From Lingula anatina (taxonomy: Eukaryota; Animalia; Brachiopoda): DNA of 64,000 nucleotides. The stretch is taken from positions 8,494,001 to 8,558,000 of the forward strand of contig CM120643.1 in the NCBI GenBank assembly GCA_051362555.1. The letters run 5' to 3'. A model generated the notes under the pieces. It saw nothing but the letters and a program-made list of their open reading frames with translations. It ran no database searches and had not been told where the DNA came from. Within the stretch, counting starts at the first letter, position 1. Each line of letters starts with the position of its first letter. Made by a program: the position numbers and the translations under genes. Positions 1 to 12,682 of this stretch are shown here, piece by piece.

Positions 1-96
1 TTAGTCTGAAGATCTGTTAGTCCGTGGATCAACTTGCTCTGAATGCCTTCGTAGAGTATCATTTTATTTCTAGGTTAGAACTTGGACCCACCATAA

Positions 97-315
97 GACC
101 CCATTTCCAGAATTTAGATCGATCTACTTTAGATCGACCTAACTCCCTGGGGGTTCACGCTAAATAGCTGTCAGCCGAGCGGACACGAAAGTTAATAAAT
201 TACCTCCTTACAGCTTGTAGTAGGCGGGACGGACATTTAAGCCGGATTATATGACAGTAATCTAGTGAGACTCCCCGCAGGGATAGATCGATCTAAAAGC
301 TCTGGGAATTCAGCC
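97..315. mobile_element. Non-autonomous MITE (PIF/Harbinger-like), family with TAGATCGATCTA subterminal palindromes
   Basis: Closely similar to 20343-20568. Imperfect terminal inverted repeats; flanked by TAA (94-96) and TTA (316-318). Confidence 0.7.
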
Positions 316-1562
316 TTAGATATCTTGTATTGTTGGTCCAAGGTGAGAAAGTTGCCCTAGCAAATGTATGGCTTCGTTGTCATAGACAGATCTGAATTGT
401 AAAAAGTCTGTGTTAAAACACCTTGTTCAATAAAATTGACCACTGCTACAACTTACAGCCACCCCAAGTCAGTTTTCAAAAATATTACGAATAGCACCAG
501 TCAGGGAAAACTTAACAAGAAAACAATGTTGTTATTCTTTTGCTTAGTTGAATGTATTTATAGCCTAAAGAATGTTCAGTTTCTGTTGGCTGAGTGAGCA
601 GTATGCAGCCTGTTATGATTGCTTTCTGAAAGCGTAGCTGTAACTTTATTTTTGTTGTTAGATACACATCAGTGGTTTTCTATCAAATACAGTTTGAATT
701 GAGATCAAATGCGGTAGGCAGCAAGCAGTATTCAGTGCTTTGGAATATTTCTGGGCTGTTTTACCAACTGAAAGTTAACAGTAGTTCAAAACTTTTTTCA
801 AACCTGAAAAGGGAGATTTTTCACTCCTTGAAACATTAACAGACACAAAAACAGACACAAAACAGACACTAGTAACATGATATTTTTGATTTTCTGACTT
901 AATTGACAGTATACTTTTTCCTTGTTATTTTTTAATGAAGAAAACAATAAAGGTTCTGGGTAAATGTATAAATTTAACAAACAAAAGACCAAATATATTA
1001 TCAGTAATGTTTTTTTTTCACATTTATTGTGAAAACAATAATGTAGGCCTCACCTATGCTGGGTGCTTGACATTGCACATATTGCAATATAATTTAGAAC
1101 AAAATTCCATAAATAATATTCCCCGAGACTGGACCACATTAGTTAACCTGATTTCTCTGAGCAGCTGAGTTTAAGTCAGATAAGCATATAGATTGGATAT
1201 AGTTGTTTTGAAATACCGAGCCAACCTTGATCATATATTTTGTGTAAAAGGAGAAAAAAAAAAAAGGAGATAATTTTAGGGTTATGAGCCAACCTTAATA
1301 TTCCCTGTAGCATTTTAAATTGTCCTTGAGCTGTTTTATATTTTATCACCATTAAAAAATTTCAAGAGAAAGGGTCTAGGTTGCTAGTAAGAAGTTACAC
1401 TTCATCCATTTGCTCTTAAATATAGAAATAGTGCGGAAAAGAGATATATCTTAGAGTTTCATGGAGGAGAAAATGTGCTGTGGGTGGGTGGGGATTGGGA
1501 AGGAGAGTTTCTGCTATACTTTTTCATATTGAGTGGTAAATGAAAGCAATAGATTCTTTACT

Positions 1563-1812
1563 GAGAGATTGGCCAGCTTTTTTCTTGGGTTGCCATATTT
1601 AACCTGCGGACTAGTTAGTCTACTGTTCTGAATGCGTCCAAAGAGCACATTCAGAACAGTGGACTAACAGATCCCCGGATCAAATATGGCAACCCACACC
1701 TAAGCTTGCCACTTAATTCCTGATTAGATACTGAATATTACGCAACAAGCATTCAAGTGGGTCGACCATAATTGATCCACGGATCTGTTAGTCCCCAGTT
1801 CTGAATGCGCTC
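1563..1812. mobile_element. MITE (GAGCxCATTCAGAAC...GTTCTGAATGCGCTC family) at 1643-1812 plus an adjacent partial right end at 1563-1639
   Basis: Inverted termini. Shares GACTAACAGATCC and ATCAAATATGGC motifs with 1-50, 2069-2341 and 34132-34566. Confidence 0.65.
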
Positions 1813-2068
1813 TTAGAACCCTGGCTATTATGTAAGATAGGCAGTTCAACGGAACTTTCTAGCTTAGCACTACCAATTATTGAACTTTTGCCTGAACAAC
1901 AGGAAACAAACTGACGCAGAACTTGAGAAAGGGAGTGAAAACCCATACCTTAATTACTAATAATTGTTAGAAGTGTAATAAGATATTAAGGCTTCTCAAA
2001 GTGAATAGGTTTAGACTACGGATATTATTAAAGAATACCACTTGATGTGAAAAAAAGGGCCTATCATA

Positions 2069-2341
2069 GAGTGTACTCAGAACAGGTTGATCCGAGGATT
2101 AACAGATGCGTGGATCAAATATGGCCGTCCCACATGAAAGCATAGCCTACTTAATCCCTTATGGTCTCCCTGCTTCCAGACATGACGTCCCTGCAGGGGC
2201 CTCGTAATTAAACCTCAGGGCCAAAATTAAACTGCTTTATGGCTCGTGTGGAGGCGGTGAGACCTTCGGGGGATTACGCTGCTTGCTTTTAAGTTGGGTC
2301 AGCCATATTTAGTCTGTGGATCATCTGTTCTAGATGGGCTC
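2069..2341. mobile_element. Degenerate MITE of the same family as 34132-34566
   Basis: Shares AACAGAT..GTGGATCAAATATGGCC and GCAGGGG..TAATTAAACC segments with the 34132 copy; degenerate inverted ends. Confidence 0.6.
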
Positions 2342-5300
2342 ATATTGATCAGAGTTAATTGTCTTTTGCTTGTTAAGACTTAAGACTTAAGAAATCAGCT
2401 GTTTTTATCACATCTGAATTAGAACCTCTCCACATGGGCCACCTGGGAGGTAGTGCCTGTGAGAACAAGAAAAAAAAAAAAAGAAAAAGAAACAAAACAA
2501 GATTGAATGAATATTTTGCATTTGGCTTATGTGCCAGTAACCTGTAGAACTTAAATCAAATAACCATGAACTATTATTAGCCATATTTTTTATATTCAAA
2601 TGGGGTTTCAACATGAATACTGCTGCTGTTTAGAAAAGGTGCAGATCAAAGATAAGTCAAGCTTAAGCTGAAAAGTTTATGGGGTACATTTTCAGCTGAA
2701 AACATGGAAGTGTTTCTCTCATAGTGGCATAGTTGAGTCAATTAGATAATAATATTTCTAGTTTCAGCATCAAACAGTAAACAAAATAACTGAAGATTTG
2801 TTTTCCTTTTCTTTAGACATAACAAACATTTTCATCATTAATTGATTACCTTTTTAACATCGAACCAATTGACTTAATGGGTAAACTGTTAGATTAGAAA
2901 AGAGTATCAGCAAAGCTTCTTTTATCAAAAGGACTCTAGATAGGGGAGGATTAAGTGTAATCTGACTTTCAACATTTACTTCTTAGGGGTTAAGTTTATG
3001 AGAAAGTTGTCACACATAGTTTATCTTGGGGCAAGAAGTGTTTGGGTACAGAAGTGGAAACTTCTGTTGCGGTTCTAGCACTGCCACTTGGGAATGGTAT
3101 GTAACAGTGTAAGTTCTATATTAACTTCTTGGAAAAGACGAGGACCACATAGTGTTTTATAGGCTTCATTTTCTCGGAACTGATCTTCTGACATGCAGAT
3201 GATCAGTTCGGAAAAAAAAAAAAAGAAAATAAAAAAATTTGGTGAAACAGGACTGCTTTCATGGAAATATATAATTAAGTTTGCATAATTATTGTGAAAA
3301 CAAATGCAAGAAATCTGAGAAAGAATCAACCTGGAAGCAATCAACTTAGAATCCCAGGAGAGCTGAGAAAATAATTAGACAAAGAACTTCATGAAGCAGG
3401 CTGCAAGTCAGTTTTTAATAATTATGCACATTTTGCAATAAACAAGACTGGCATTTTGCCTGACCTGAAAAAACATAACCAAAAACAATGAAAAACCATA
3501 TGACCTGTCTGGTCTTATAAATTCTTATAACTTAAGAAAGGAATGGAATACTTGTTCTTCCAGAGGCATGGCGCTGACTTTCCTCTTGAGACAAACTCTC
3601 AAAGACTGTTCAGACAGAGTGAAATTGGAACGTAAAAAGAGTCCTAAAAAGCAGGTTACCAGGACTACACAAAAGAGCTGAAAGTCTGGAGTTGGTCTTA
3701 TTATTATGACCAGAATGAGATAGTTTGTTGTATTTAATTTCAGGATAAATTTTTACATCCAACCTGAACAGTGTACTGAGATGACTTACGTATAGAAACT
3801 ATCAGTCTAAAACACCATACACCATTAATTAATTTATTTATTTGAATTGTGAAGTATGCCCCAGTTTATTCATTGAGCAATGAAAAGATGATCACTCTGT
3901 GATATGTTCATATGATAAAGACACCTTTACCGTAGCCAGATTACTATGGTTTTAAAGTTAGACTTTGTGTAAACAAGTCTTTGGAAGTGGGCTTAATTGG
4001 CCCTTTGCATTTTTGGGGGAAATTTGTGGGTGTTTTGGAATGTGCATCCACCTAATTTTTGTTGCTGTGATTCATTACGTGCTGAAAGACTGTGAAGTAA
4101 ATCCTCTTGTCAACAGGCTGAGTTGGTGTCAGCCAAATTGTCTATTTCCAGGTTGATGTACTTATCAGGTTTGGTTTCATCATAAGCTGGAAGGTATGCA
4201 GTACCTGAAATATATGTAAAAAATATCTTCTCGAGTTTTGACCTGGTTCTGCAGTTGCCAGGTGAAATATTTCTCTCAAGATATGAATAATGGAACATGG
4301 TGTTTCTTGCACTTGGGGACTTGTAGTAGAGCTGTGTTGTGTTACCAAGTCATGAAAAAACAGGTTGTATTTTATTAGCAGGAAAGGTGAAAGTGTCTCC
4401 ATTATGTCTGGTACAGGCTGATGACAAGTTGTAGACTTAATAGGTGAGACATTTTTCATTTCTGTTATATTTTGTGCCTGTTTTTCATGCTTTTCACTGA
4501 AGCTTTAATATTGGTCACAAATGATTTTTCATTGTTGAGACATTTTTCATTTCTGTTACATTTTGTGCCTTCTTCATATTGAAGCTTTTAATGGTCACAA
4601 ATGATTTTTCATCAGATTTCGATTGTTTTTGTTGTTGTTGCCAAGTTTGTGACAAGATATTTTTTCAGGCTAGCTTAGATTTATCATTGATATCCAAACA
4701 TAAACTTACAGAAACCTTTACAGAAGATTATAATATGAAGCTCATCTCTTATCACATTTTAAGCGTGACGGAGAGATCAAAAGAACATCTCACCTCGAAA
4801 CTTGAGCTCTTTGATCTTTTACCTCCAAAGAATAATGTCTTTTCCTTCTGACTCGTCTTCAGGAAAAAAAAAACCTGGTGTGGTTGTAGATGATGAATTC
4901 AATCTAAATGGGCGTAATTTTCTCTTAGGTGATAAAAGACCACACATTTTTACACCTGTACTCTCTGCTTCAAAATTCAAGGCACATAAAAGAACCTTTT
5001 TAGAAATGTGAAAAAGTGAAAGGCCACTCGGTGTTGATTAATAACACTTTCGAATTTTAGCATCAATTTTCATCGTTGTTTGCATACATCAGTTGGTGTT
5101 TTAACATAGTGATGGAGTTAATGACTCATTCTGCTCATTAATCAAGTGTTATGGTTTTGATATGGGAATTAATTGTACAGCCAATTAATGGACTAGTGTA
5201 ACTCTGTACACACTGAAGACCAAGGCAGAGTGCCCATTTGTCATTGTGGATTTAATTTCAAATTGAATAATCAATATTGATCTGTTTGACATGTTTGAAA

Positions 5301-5629
5301 TGGTGTGCAAATTACCACACAACACACTTGAAAGGCGTGTGATTTGTTAAAGGCAGGCAAAAGGGGCAAAGATTAAGTAAAGATATTGCCTCAAACCTTT
5401 AAAAGAGAAAGAGAAAGAGAAAACCCATGACAGACCAATGCTGTATGAGATATTTACATACATGTAAGATGAGGGTTATGATGTTGTTCAAGAAATATAT
5501 CAGTTCAGATAATGGATACAGGCATGCTCCTAAGGCAATATTAGGCTTGCTATTCAGTTGGGGTGCAATCACTTCAGGTCTAAGTTAAACCAGAAAATGA
5601 CGATAGATATGAAGTCATACGCAGACCAG

Positions 5630-5768
5630 GGCTCCGTAACTTGAAAGCATCGCAAATTGCGACCAAGCGTAAGCGTCTCTTTTCTATATCTTGCCCCATA
5701 TTTAATAGCCTCTTAATAAAAGGTGATATTGCTATTCGCAATTTGCAATGCTTTCAAGTTACGGAGCT
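5630..5768. mobile_element. Short MITE with about 33-bp TIRs
   Basis: GGCTCCGTAACTTGAAAGCATCGCAAATTGCGA pairs with TCGCAATTTGCAATGCTTTCAAGTTACGGAGCT; CAG on both flanks. Confidence 0.7.
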
Positions 5769-6465
5769 CAGGTTGCTGATCACAGGATTTTAAGTTAAAA
5801 GGGTGGGGAGGGGGCGGGGGGGGGGGGGAGCTATTCTGTGACCACAGGGTCCACTAGTCTGTTATAAATTTATTGTATACTCCAAATTTGTATACTATTA
5901 TAGAGGCCCTTGTGATATCAGATTGTAGGGGAGGCTGAGACGATCACAAAAAGACCTGCTCATCCGATGATGTCATTTGGACTACATTTTGCGTAAGTTA
6001 AACCTGATCTGAGCATGTCATTAGAGAAAGAGAGACAGCAGAAGAAGATTGACCCTAAAAACAAGTAATATTTCATAAGCCTGCCAACTAATGGTTTATG
6101 AGGCAGCTTTCATGATGGATGAGGGGCACGTTTAGGGTTGTCATTGGCGAGATAAGATATTACTTTCACTTACATTGCTTGATTCAAGATAAGGTAAACA
6201 ATGTTTTTGCTCTGTTTTATGATTACTTTTGCCTGGGGTGGAGTAATGGGAGGTTATATTTATAAAAAAAATTATAGGAGATCTATTTAGTATTTGAGGA
6301 ATGTAAAAATGTTATGCAATCTTAAAGATTTCTGGGGGAGGGGTCCAAAAGTTAAAAACCCTGTGTCAGAGAGAAAAGAAGGAGGGGGAGATTATGCTTG
6401 ATCATGCATGGGAGTAAAAGAACATGAGAACTTGTATTATACAATGAGTTTTTTTTTTTTACATT

Positions 6466-6679
6466 TGTTGATCGTATCAGAGTTGAACTTCAGTATCAGT
6501 GGAAGAATGAGGGATCAGCAATAACCAACAACAAGATTTTCTGTTGCCACTGACTTTATTCTATCTCTCTCCCTGTCCCTCTGTCCCTCTGTGAGGATAC
6601 AGGGGATTATATACACAAATATCAAAGACATTCCTATGATCAAAGAGATACATTTAAGATAACTGTAAGGGCGACAACA
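6466..6679 (-). repeat. Putative 3' LTR of an env-bearing LTR retroelement (214 bp)
   Basis: TGTTG...CAACA inverted termini. On the minus strand, TATATAA (6607-6613) precedes AATAAA (6555-6560). A short purine-rich tract (TTGAAGGGACA) lies just upstream on minus. Lies downstream of the env-like ORF. Confidence 0.6.
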
Positions 6680-7278
6680 TGTCCCTTCAACTTGTGCCCA
6701 GCCAGTGTTACGGACCTGTATTTCAAGTTAAATGCTAAATATTTGTCATGGCAGGTCATTTCTGACCCTGCCCTGTAATTATCAAAATGATGCTGGAGAT
6801 GTGTGTGGTAGGTCATCTCTGACTCTGTGTGTCACGGCAGGTCATTTCTGACCCTGCCCTGTAATTACCAAAATTCACCAAAAATCACTAAATTTAACAT
6901 GAAACATCTTCCTGGCCCAATAAAATTTGTGCCTCAAATTTTGTTCACAATGTAATGACAAACAGAAATATTGTCTTATAATAGGACTACCATAATCGTA
7001 AGATAAACACAAGTGCAAGCTATTATGCTGGCAATTATTATAGCCATAAGCAACAAAGTTTAACATTAGCACGCCTTTTCATAGTAATAATGATAATAAT
7101 GCTGAAGTCTCCCTATAATAGTCTATGTCTACAAATAATTAATGCTATTGAGCATAAAAAGATACTCTTTTAACTACCAGTAAATATGGTACATCTCTTA
7201 ATTCACTGTAACAATCAAATTTGATTGCCTTAACATTACACAGACAGATACAGTATATAATATATAATCCTGTGTTTA

Positions 7279-7818
7279 CACATTTAAGAGATACATGTGT
7301 AGCATTGCTTGACAACATAAAGTTATCATTATCCATTACATTATCAATACCCTCCACCATCAAATCAACAATTGTTTTGTTTCATATTTGTCAATTAATT
7401 ATTATAACTTTTTCTATGTGGTTACATAATTTCCAGAATCAATTCTGATTTTCTCATTAATATCATATTGAAAGTCATTATTTTATTATATCATGATGGA
7501 ACATTAATATAATTCATGTATACTGTCAGTACACTCAAATATACATCTTAGAGTTACATGTATAGTTATATTTCACATCATAAATGTTATCATAATCCAT
7601 TATATTATCAATACCCTCCACCATCAAATCAAAGATTTTTGCTAAATATTGGTCATTGCTACATCAATTAATTATCATAACTTTTTCAATGTGGTTACGT
7701 AATTTCGATAATCAATACTGATCGTCTCATTAATATCAAATTAAAATTATTATTTTCTTATATTATGATAGCTCATTAATATAATTCATGTATACTGTCA
7801 GTACACGCTCAATGATAC
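7279..7818. repeat. Two diverged tandem copies of a roughly 265-bp unit in the retroelement 3' UTR
   Basis: ATTATCAATACCCTCCACCATCAAATCAA and CATTAATATAATTCATGTATACTGTCAGTACAC each occur twice. Confidence 0.8.
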
Positions 7819-7924
7819 AACACAAATCACTGTGGATCACACATAATCACACTCACACTCCGTAGAAGTGGACTGTTCATTAAATTGTTTTACCCTTTAT
7901 AGCGTAATAAGGTCAAATTGGTAT

Positions 7925-9262
7925 TCACAGGAGGTACATTAAACGTTCATGATGCAACACTACAAGATGCGCATCAAATGGCTGATCAATTATTGACATG
8001 ATAGAAAAATATTGCCACCAGGACAAGGGGACACTGGTAGGCAATGGAATGAAGTGGTTCACCTGTCCTTGAGTCACTTTTATTGTTACATCTCCCCATT
8101 CAAGCACTAAATTTGGTCTTAATCCCTTTATTACTATCAGGTTAGCAATAATTTGATTTCCCGTTGCTTTGATATCAAATGGACACTGTTTAAGATGACA
8201 TAGGTGTATCAACATGCTCTTTTCAGCATTGTTTATTTCTAGTGCTAGGCCATTTTGCTGGTGCCTACCTTTACACAAAATAATTACTCCCAGAATGATA
8301 AAAAGAAGAAGTATTGCTGAAAAGTAAACTGCAGGAGCAATCTCATGCGTTAAAATTTTATAGATGTCAAATTCAATTTTGGGTGACGGAGATGGTGAGC
8401 TATATTGGTAGATAAAATTGGGAGCAGTGTTTGCCTTGGCATGGGCCATAGTTAACATTGCAGTGCTTAAAACTTTGATTTTATAAGTAAGTGTGGCTGA
8501 CAGAGCAATTGCTAGGATTGCAACACCCAAAGCTACATACCCAATTATATCATCCAGAGACAGTCCTCCTGTGGGTAATGTTAAGTCACCAGACAAGAGG
8601 GGCTCAGTCAGCGACTGAAATATAGTCTCTCCCTTTTTTGCTGCTGACATTACTTTTTGCAGATTGAGTTTAATGGAGGAATCCTTGGTTAAAAATTGTG
8701 AAAAGTTATGATTGTATAGGCGTAACGTGGGGATTGTTACTCTGGGGGGTGTTTGAAAGACGGAATGACCAAAAATATCAGAAAAGTTACCTTCATCAAA
8801 AAGTTGCTGTAAAAGTGCTAAATTTATGGGATGAAGAATTTCAGTAGTTTCATTATGTTCACAAATTCGACGGGGAGGAATATATGTGGAGTCCCCTTCT
8901 ATAGAGCAGGAACATGGCACCTTCAAAACACAAAAATCACAACCAACCTTGGTTACATTGGATGAACACTGCATTGTCAAATTTTGAATTCTGTTAACCA
9001 GAACCTGATCTTTCCCAACTGGCATTAAGGTGGAGGAGATGCTATTGGGTAGGAGTTGGAAATCGCAGAGGTCTTTGATGCTGGTTTTATCATTTAGTAG
9101 AAGGGCCTTTAAGCAATGAGGTTTTTTGGATACCTTAGTATTTTCCAGTGCACAAAACATGGGGTTTTGTCCAGTGCAAGATTTCAGAAAATCATAGTTC
9201 AGGCTAATGTGGTGGTTCCCAAAACTGGCAAAGTATTCAGGAACATTGTGGAGGAGGGTGGC
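7925..9262 (-). CDS. Envelope (env)-like glycoprotein, C-terminal portion, 5'-truncated
   Basis: The 411-aa ORF extends stop-free 34 codons upstream of the listed ATG (ATLLHNVPEYFASFGNHHISLNYDFLKSCTGQNP). It has a Cys-rich ectodomain (CDFCVLKVPCSCSI), HPINLALLQQLF, N-glycosylation sequons and two hydrophobic TM-like segments. Confidence 0.65.
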   Translation of the reverse strand, partial: ATLLHNVPEYFASFGNHHISLNYDFLKSCTGQNPMFCALENTKVSKKPHCLKALLLNDKTSIKDLCDFQLLPNSISSTLMPVGKDQVLVNRIQNLTMQCSSNVTKVGCDFCVLKVPCSCSIEGDSTYIPPRRICEHNETTEILHPINLALLQQLFDEGNFSDIFGHSVFQTPPRVTIPTLRLYNHNFSQFLTKDSSIKLNLQKVMSAAKKGETIFQSLTEPLLSGDLTLPTGGLSLDDIIGYVALGVAILAIALSATLTYKIKVLSTAMLTMAHAKANTAPNFIYQYSSPSPSPKIEFDIYKILTHEIAPAVYFSAILLLFIILGVIILCKGRHQQNGLALEINNAEKSMLIHLCHLKQCPFDIKATGNQIIANLIVIKGLRPNLVLEWGDVTIKVTQGQVNHFIPLPTSVPLSWWQYFSIMSIIDQPFDAHLVVLHHERLMYLL

Positions 9263-9501
9263 ATTCCCATACCTAGATTGATCTAGGAGGATCGACCCAT
9301 CTCCGAGGGGTTTCTTGCTAAATTACATTCAGCTTAAAAGGCTCTGATGTCTGGCATGCCTACTGAAGTTGTAAGGCGGTACTTAACAGCTTCAGTAGAC
9401 ACGCCAGACATCTAAGCCGCTTCAACTGAATGCAATTTAGCAAGAAGCCTCTCAAAGTTGGGTCAATCCTGCTAGATCAATCTAGGTAGGAGAATGGGGC
9501 C
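9263..9501. mobile_element. Palindromic MITE (GACCCCGTTCCCATACCTAG family), left terminus clipped
   Basis: Fold-back structure, similar to 38620-38849 and 56722-56943; followed by TAA. Confidence 0.75.
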
Positions 9502-10604
9502 TAACCTGAGAAATCTTTTTTCATTACAAGCTCTTATTGATTAGCTGGATGAATAGTCAGCTGAGGATACCAGATGGGGGCCAAAGAGAGAGAGAGAGAG
9601 AGAGAGAGAGGCCCCTTGAAAGATTTAAATAAAAAAGCTCTGAGACAAAACATTTTTACATCATTTTAACAAGCAACAGGTGCTAACCTTATATTTCAAT
9701 CTCAACACTCCTACATTCCTAACAGGTAGCATGGTGTGATATAAAATGGTTAAAGTAAAACTCACAATTGTAGCCAAACTCATGGCAAAATAGGTGTGAT
9801 AATTCACATTACAATTTCTTGAAGCAATGGCACAGATCATATCAAACCTGTTTGGGGTCAGAAAGCACCTTCTCTCTTCTTTAAGTCCAGTAATTTGAGT
9901 AATGGGGCAATGCTGTTGTCCCCTTTTGGGGGAGGAGTTGTTTTTAAACTAGTGCCTCTCTCCTCCCTTGTAATTAGATGTTGCCACCCCCCACCCCCAA
10001 AAAAGCTTGAGAGTCCACTCTCTTTTACAGGTTGTTAATAAGGTATCATAGTATCTGAAGGCCCACCTTGTTCAGCTTACAATAGGTACGTAATTATGTG
10101 TAGGTGTGGGAGATGGAAAGACAAGATGGATAACTTAGATGTGGTGTGCAGCTTTATAACTAAGTTGTTGTACTTGTGCTGCCAGTTTAAATTTATTCGT
10201 CAGTGGCTGAGGTTGGGAGTTCTGGTTGAGGGTGGATCAAATATTCAAGAGGTTTTAGTAGTTCATCTCTGTTTTTGCCAAATTCTACGGTAGGTGCGTT
10301 TTATAGCAATGCTGTTGCTGTCATATATTTGCTGCTCCTCCAAGTGAAGGTGAAATATTTTGGTCACTGAAATGTTTAATATTGGATAGGTTTTAGGAAT
10401 AGATTGTCATTGTTTTGTGATTGTTTTATCTAATATGCATGAAGTGGTTGTAGTTAATGTATGAATTGGTCGAAACTTATTGCAAGTTATTGCAAGTTAT
10501 TAATTAAAGCAGAAGGGTTAATTCCCTTTAACAAGAACTTTCTGCTGTTAAGTTAATTAGTTGGTAATAACAGAGGCTTCATGTTGGGGAATCTTATGAC
10601 ATAT

Positions 10605-10866
10605 AGTATTGATTCAATCTTTTCAATGGGCACAAATTATTAGATTTTCAGATAGTGATATATTATTTTATAATCACAAAAATTATTTTTCTGTATAGTA
10701 TTTGTGATGCTTTTACTGTATAGAATAAGAGTATAGAGCAGCTTGCTTTTTATTTTGTTGCCACCACTCAATAGGAATGCTGTTATTTTAAGAAATTATG
10801 ACTTGAAAAATACAGTATGTTTTAAATTCACAATTTTCCCCCATCGAAAATATTGAGTAATTACCA
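10605..10866. mobile_element. Tc1/mariner-like MITE (TA-flanked, CAGTAATTACTC termini)
   Basis: Similar to 20038-20303 (inverted) and 37648-37884; imperfect TIRs. Confidence 0.55.
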
Positions 10867-11745
10867 TAATAGCAAAGCTTCTAAGTTGTCAATCTCCCCA
10901 AGTGTACCTGTGTATCTATATCGCTGAAGTATACCACTTGTATTGATGTGATATAGGGCCTTAGCACAGTAAGATGATACGGAGATGGGTGTATCAGATT
11001 TGTCATCATTGTCGTGTTATTAACATTGACATAACTGATGACTCACACTACTGCTTTGTCAAGAAAGTGGGAGAATAACGAGTAATTTTTATCCCCAAGC
11101 AGGCCCATTGGATATTTACCATTATGGTTGCCCTAACTAGTATCTGCTATTTAAATTAAAGGTGTGTATTTATTGAGGGGAGTAAAAGAAAGGTCCCAGC
11201 TATCTTTTCATATAATATAACTTTTAATCTAATACGGATGAGTGTGTCACGTTTGCCACCTACAAACAAATTCAATAATGACTTAAAGCAGCTGATGGAA
11301 TGAGCTGACCACCTTAATGAGTTGCACTTAAAGAAAATGTCGTTTTACAAGGTTAAGGAAGGTTGTAGGCAGTAAAGTCGATTTGATAACCCCCTCCACC
11401 CCAGTGTGAAGGTTACTCACTGTCCCTCTTATTGTCAACCTGGTGCATACTTATGATAAGGACCAGCGTGTCACCTGCCTGGACAAAGTCCAAAGTGCAG
11501 TGTGTTTAGGGTACAGGTATTTGTCACATGAGATTTGGTGAGTGTGTACAGTCAGTGCATGTTGACAGATTTGTCTGCTTGTCAGTGTAGACGTCTGTGT
11601 TATTGGGATTCAGTTGGGTTCATAGTAAGTACAGAATATTCTCTCTCTCTCTCTCGCTCTCTCGCAGTACATTCGGTACATGTTTCTGTATATGTATCCT
11701 TTTTTTTACACTATAGCAGGGCTGTGTCCTCTTGTGTAGAATATG

Positions 11746-11783
<38 letters not shown>

Positions 11784-12505
11784 GTTTTGCCTGGTCTGGA
11801 ATCTTAATGACTTGTAGAGCAATTTGTTTGTCTAGTGGCGTAATTAGGATCCGTGTCATTCTTGTCTCATGTGATAAACACACCATTAGGAGAGCTGCAC
11901 TATGCAGAAAATGTACCTGTATAATGCCCTGTAGGTTCATATTTTATTATCAAAATAATGATCTATTCAGGCAATGTTTAACCTAAAATTGCAAAAGAAA
12001 CTTAAAATGTAGTCCATTAACCAAGCATTTATAACAGTCTGAGATGAATTGTTTAAACCTCTGTTGAATTGAAGTACCTGTAGTCATCTTTTAACCATTA
12101 ACCAGTCTAACCTGAATTTTGGTCTGGATTCAGTTTTGAGTTCTTCTTTATTTTTGAGTGGTGAGTAAAGAGCATCACGTTTCAAGTATATGCAGTACAT
12201 CCAGTGTATCTCTTCTTTGTGATATGAGAAAAGGGGCATTTTGATGATCATGAGTCACATGTCTGAGGTGTTTTTTTTTTTTTTTTTTGTAAATATCTCA
12301 GCATGCCTGAGCAAATGAGTTAAGTGTGTAGTGCCTCTGTGTACAGCTCCAGTATGGTAAACATATGCTATGGGTTAGAGATGAGACGAGGGGTTACAGG
12401 TTTCATAGGCAGAAAGGTGAGCTTTGTATACATTACCAGTATCAGTATGTATATACTAGTAGCAGCCTCTGTTATTACTAGATTTCAGACTCAGATATAT
12501 CTTCA

Positions 12506-12682
12506 CAGGCCCGTAGCCTGGAGGGGGGTTTGGGGGGTTCGAAAGAACCACCCCTTTTGCCAGGAAAAGGTCCACTCTGGGTAAAATTTGATCTAGGTAC
12601 ATGAAGTTTTTATGGAAAAAGGCCCACTTTTTCAGAAAAAGAACCTCCCTTATCCCTTTTGAAATTGCTGGCTACGGGCCTG
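12506..12682. mobile_element. MITE with CAGGCCCGTAGCC TIRs and 5-bp TSD (hAT5-like)
   Basis: TIR CAGGCCCGTAGCC/GGCTACGGGCCTG; CTTCA on both flanks; further copies at 14991 and 46707. Confidence 0.8.

Larger units (their letters stand above)
6466..9262 (-). mobile_element. 5'-truncated Ty3/Gypsy errantivirus-like LTR retroelement remnant (env + 3' UTR + 3' LTR)
   Basis: Intronless env-like ORF followed by an AT-rich 3' region with internal duplications, then an LTR-like block. No gag/pol or 5' LTR seen. Confidence 0.6.

Noticed and set aside
4446-4612. Local duplication of about 90 bp
   Set aside because: Simple two-copy tandem duplication with no further structure.
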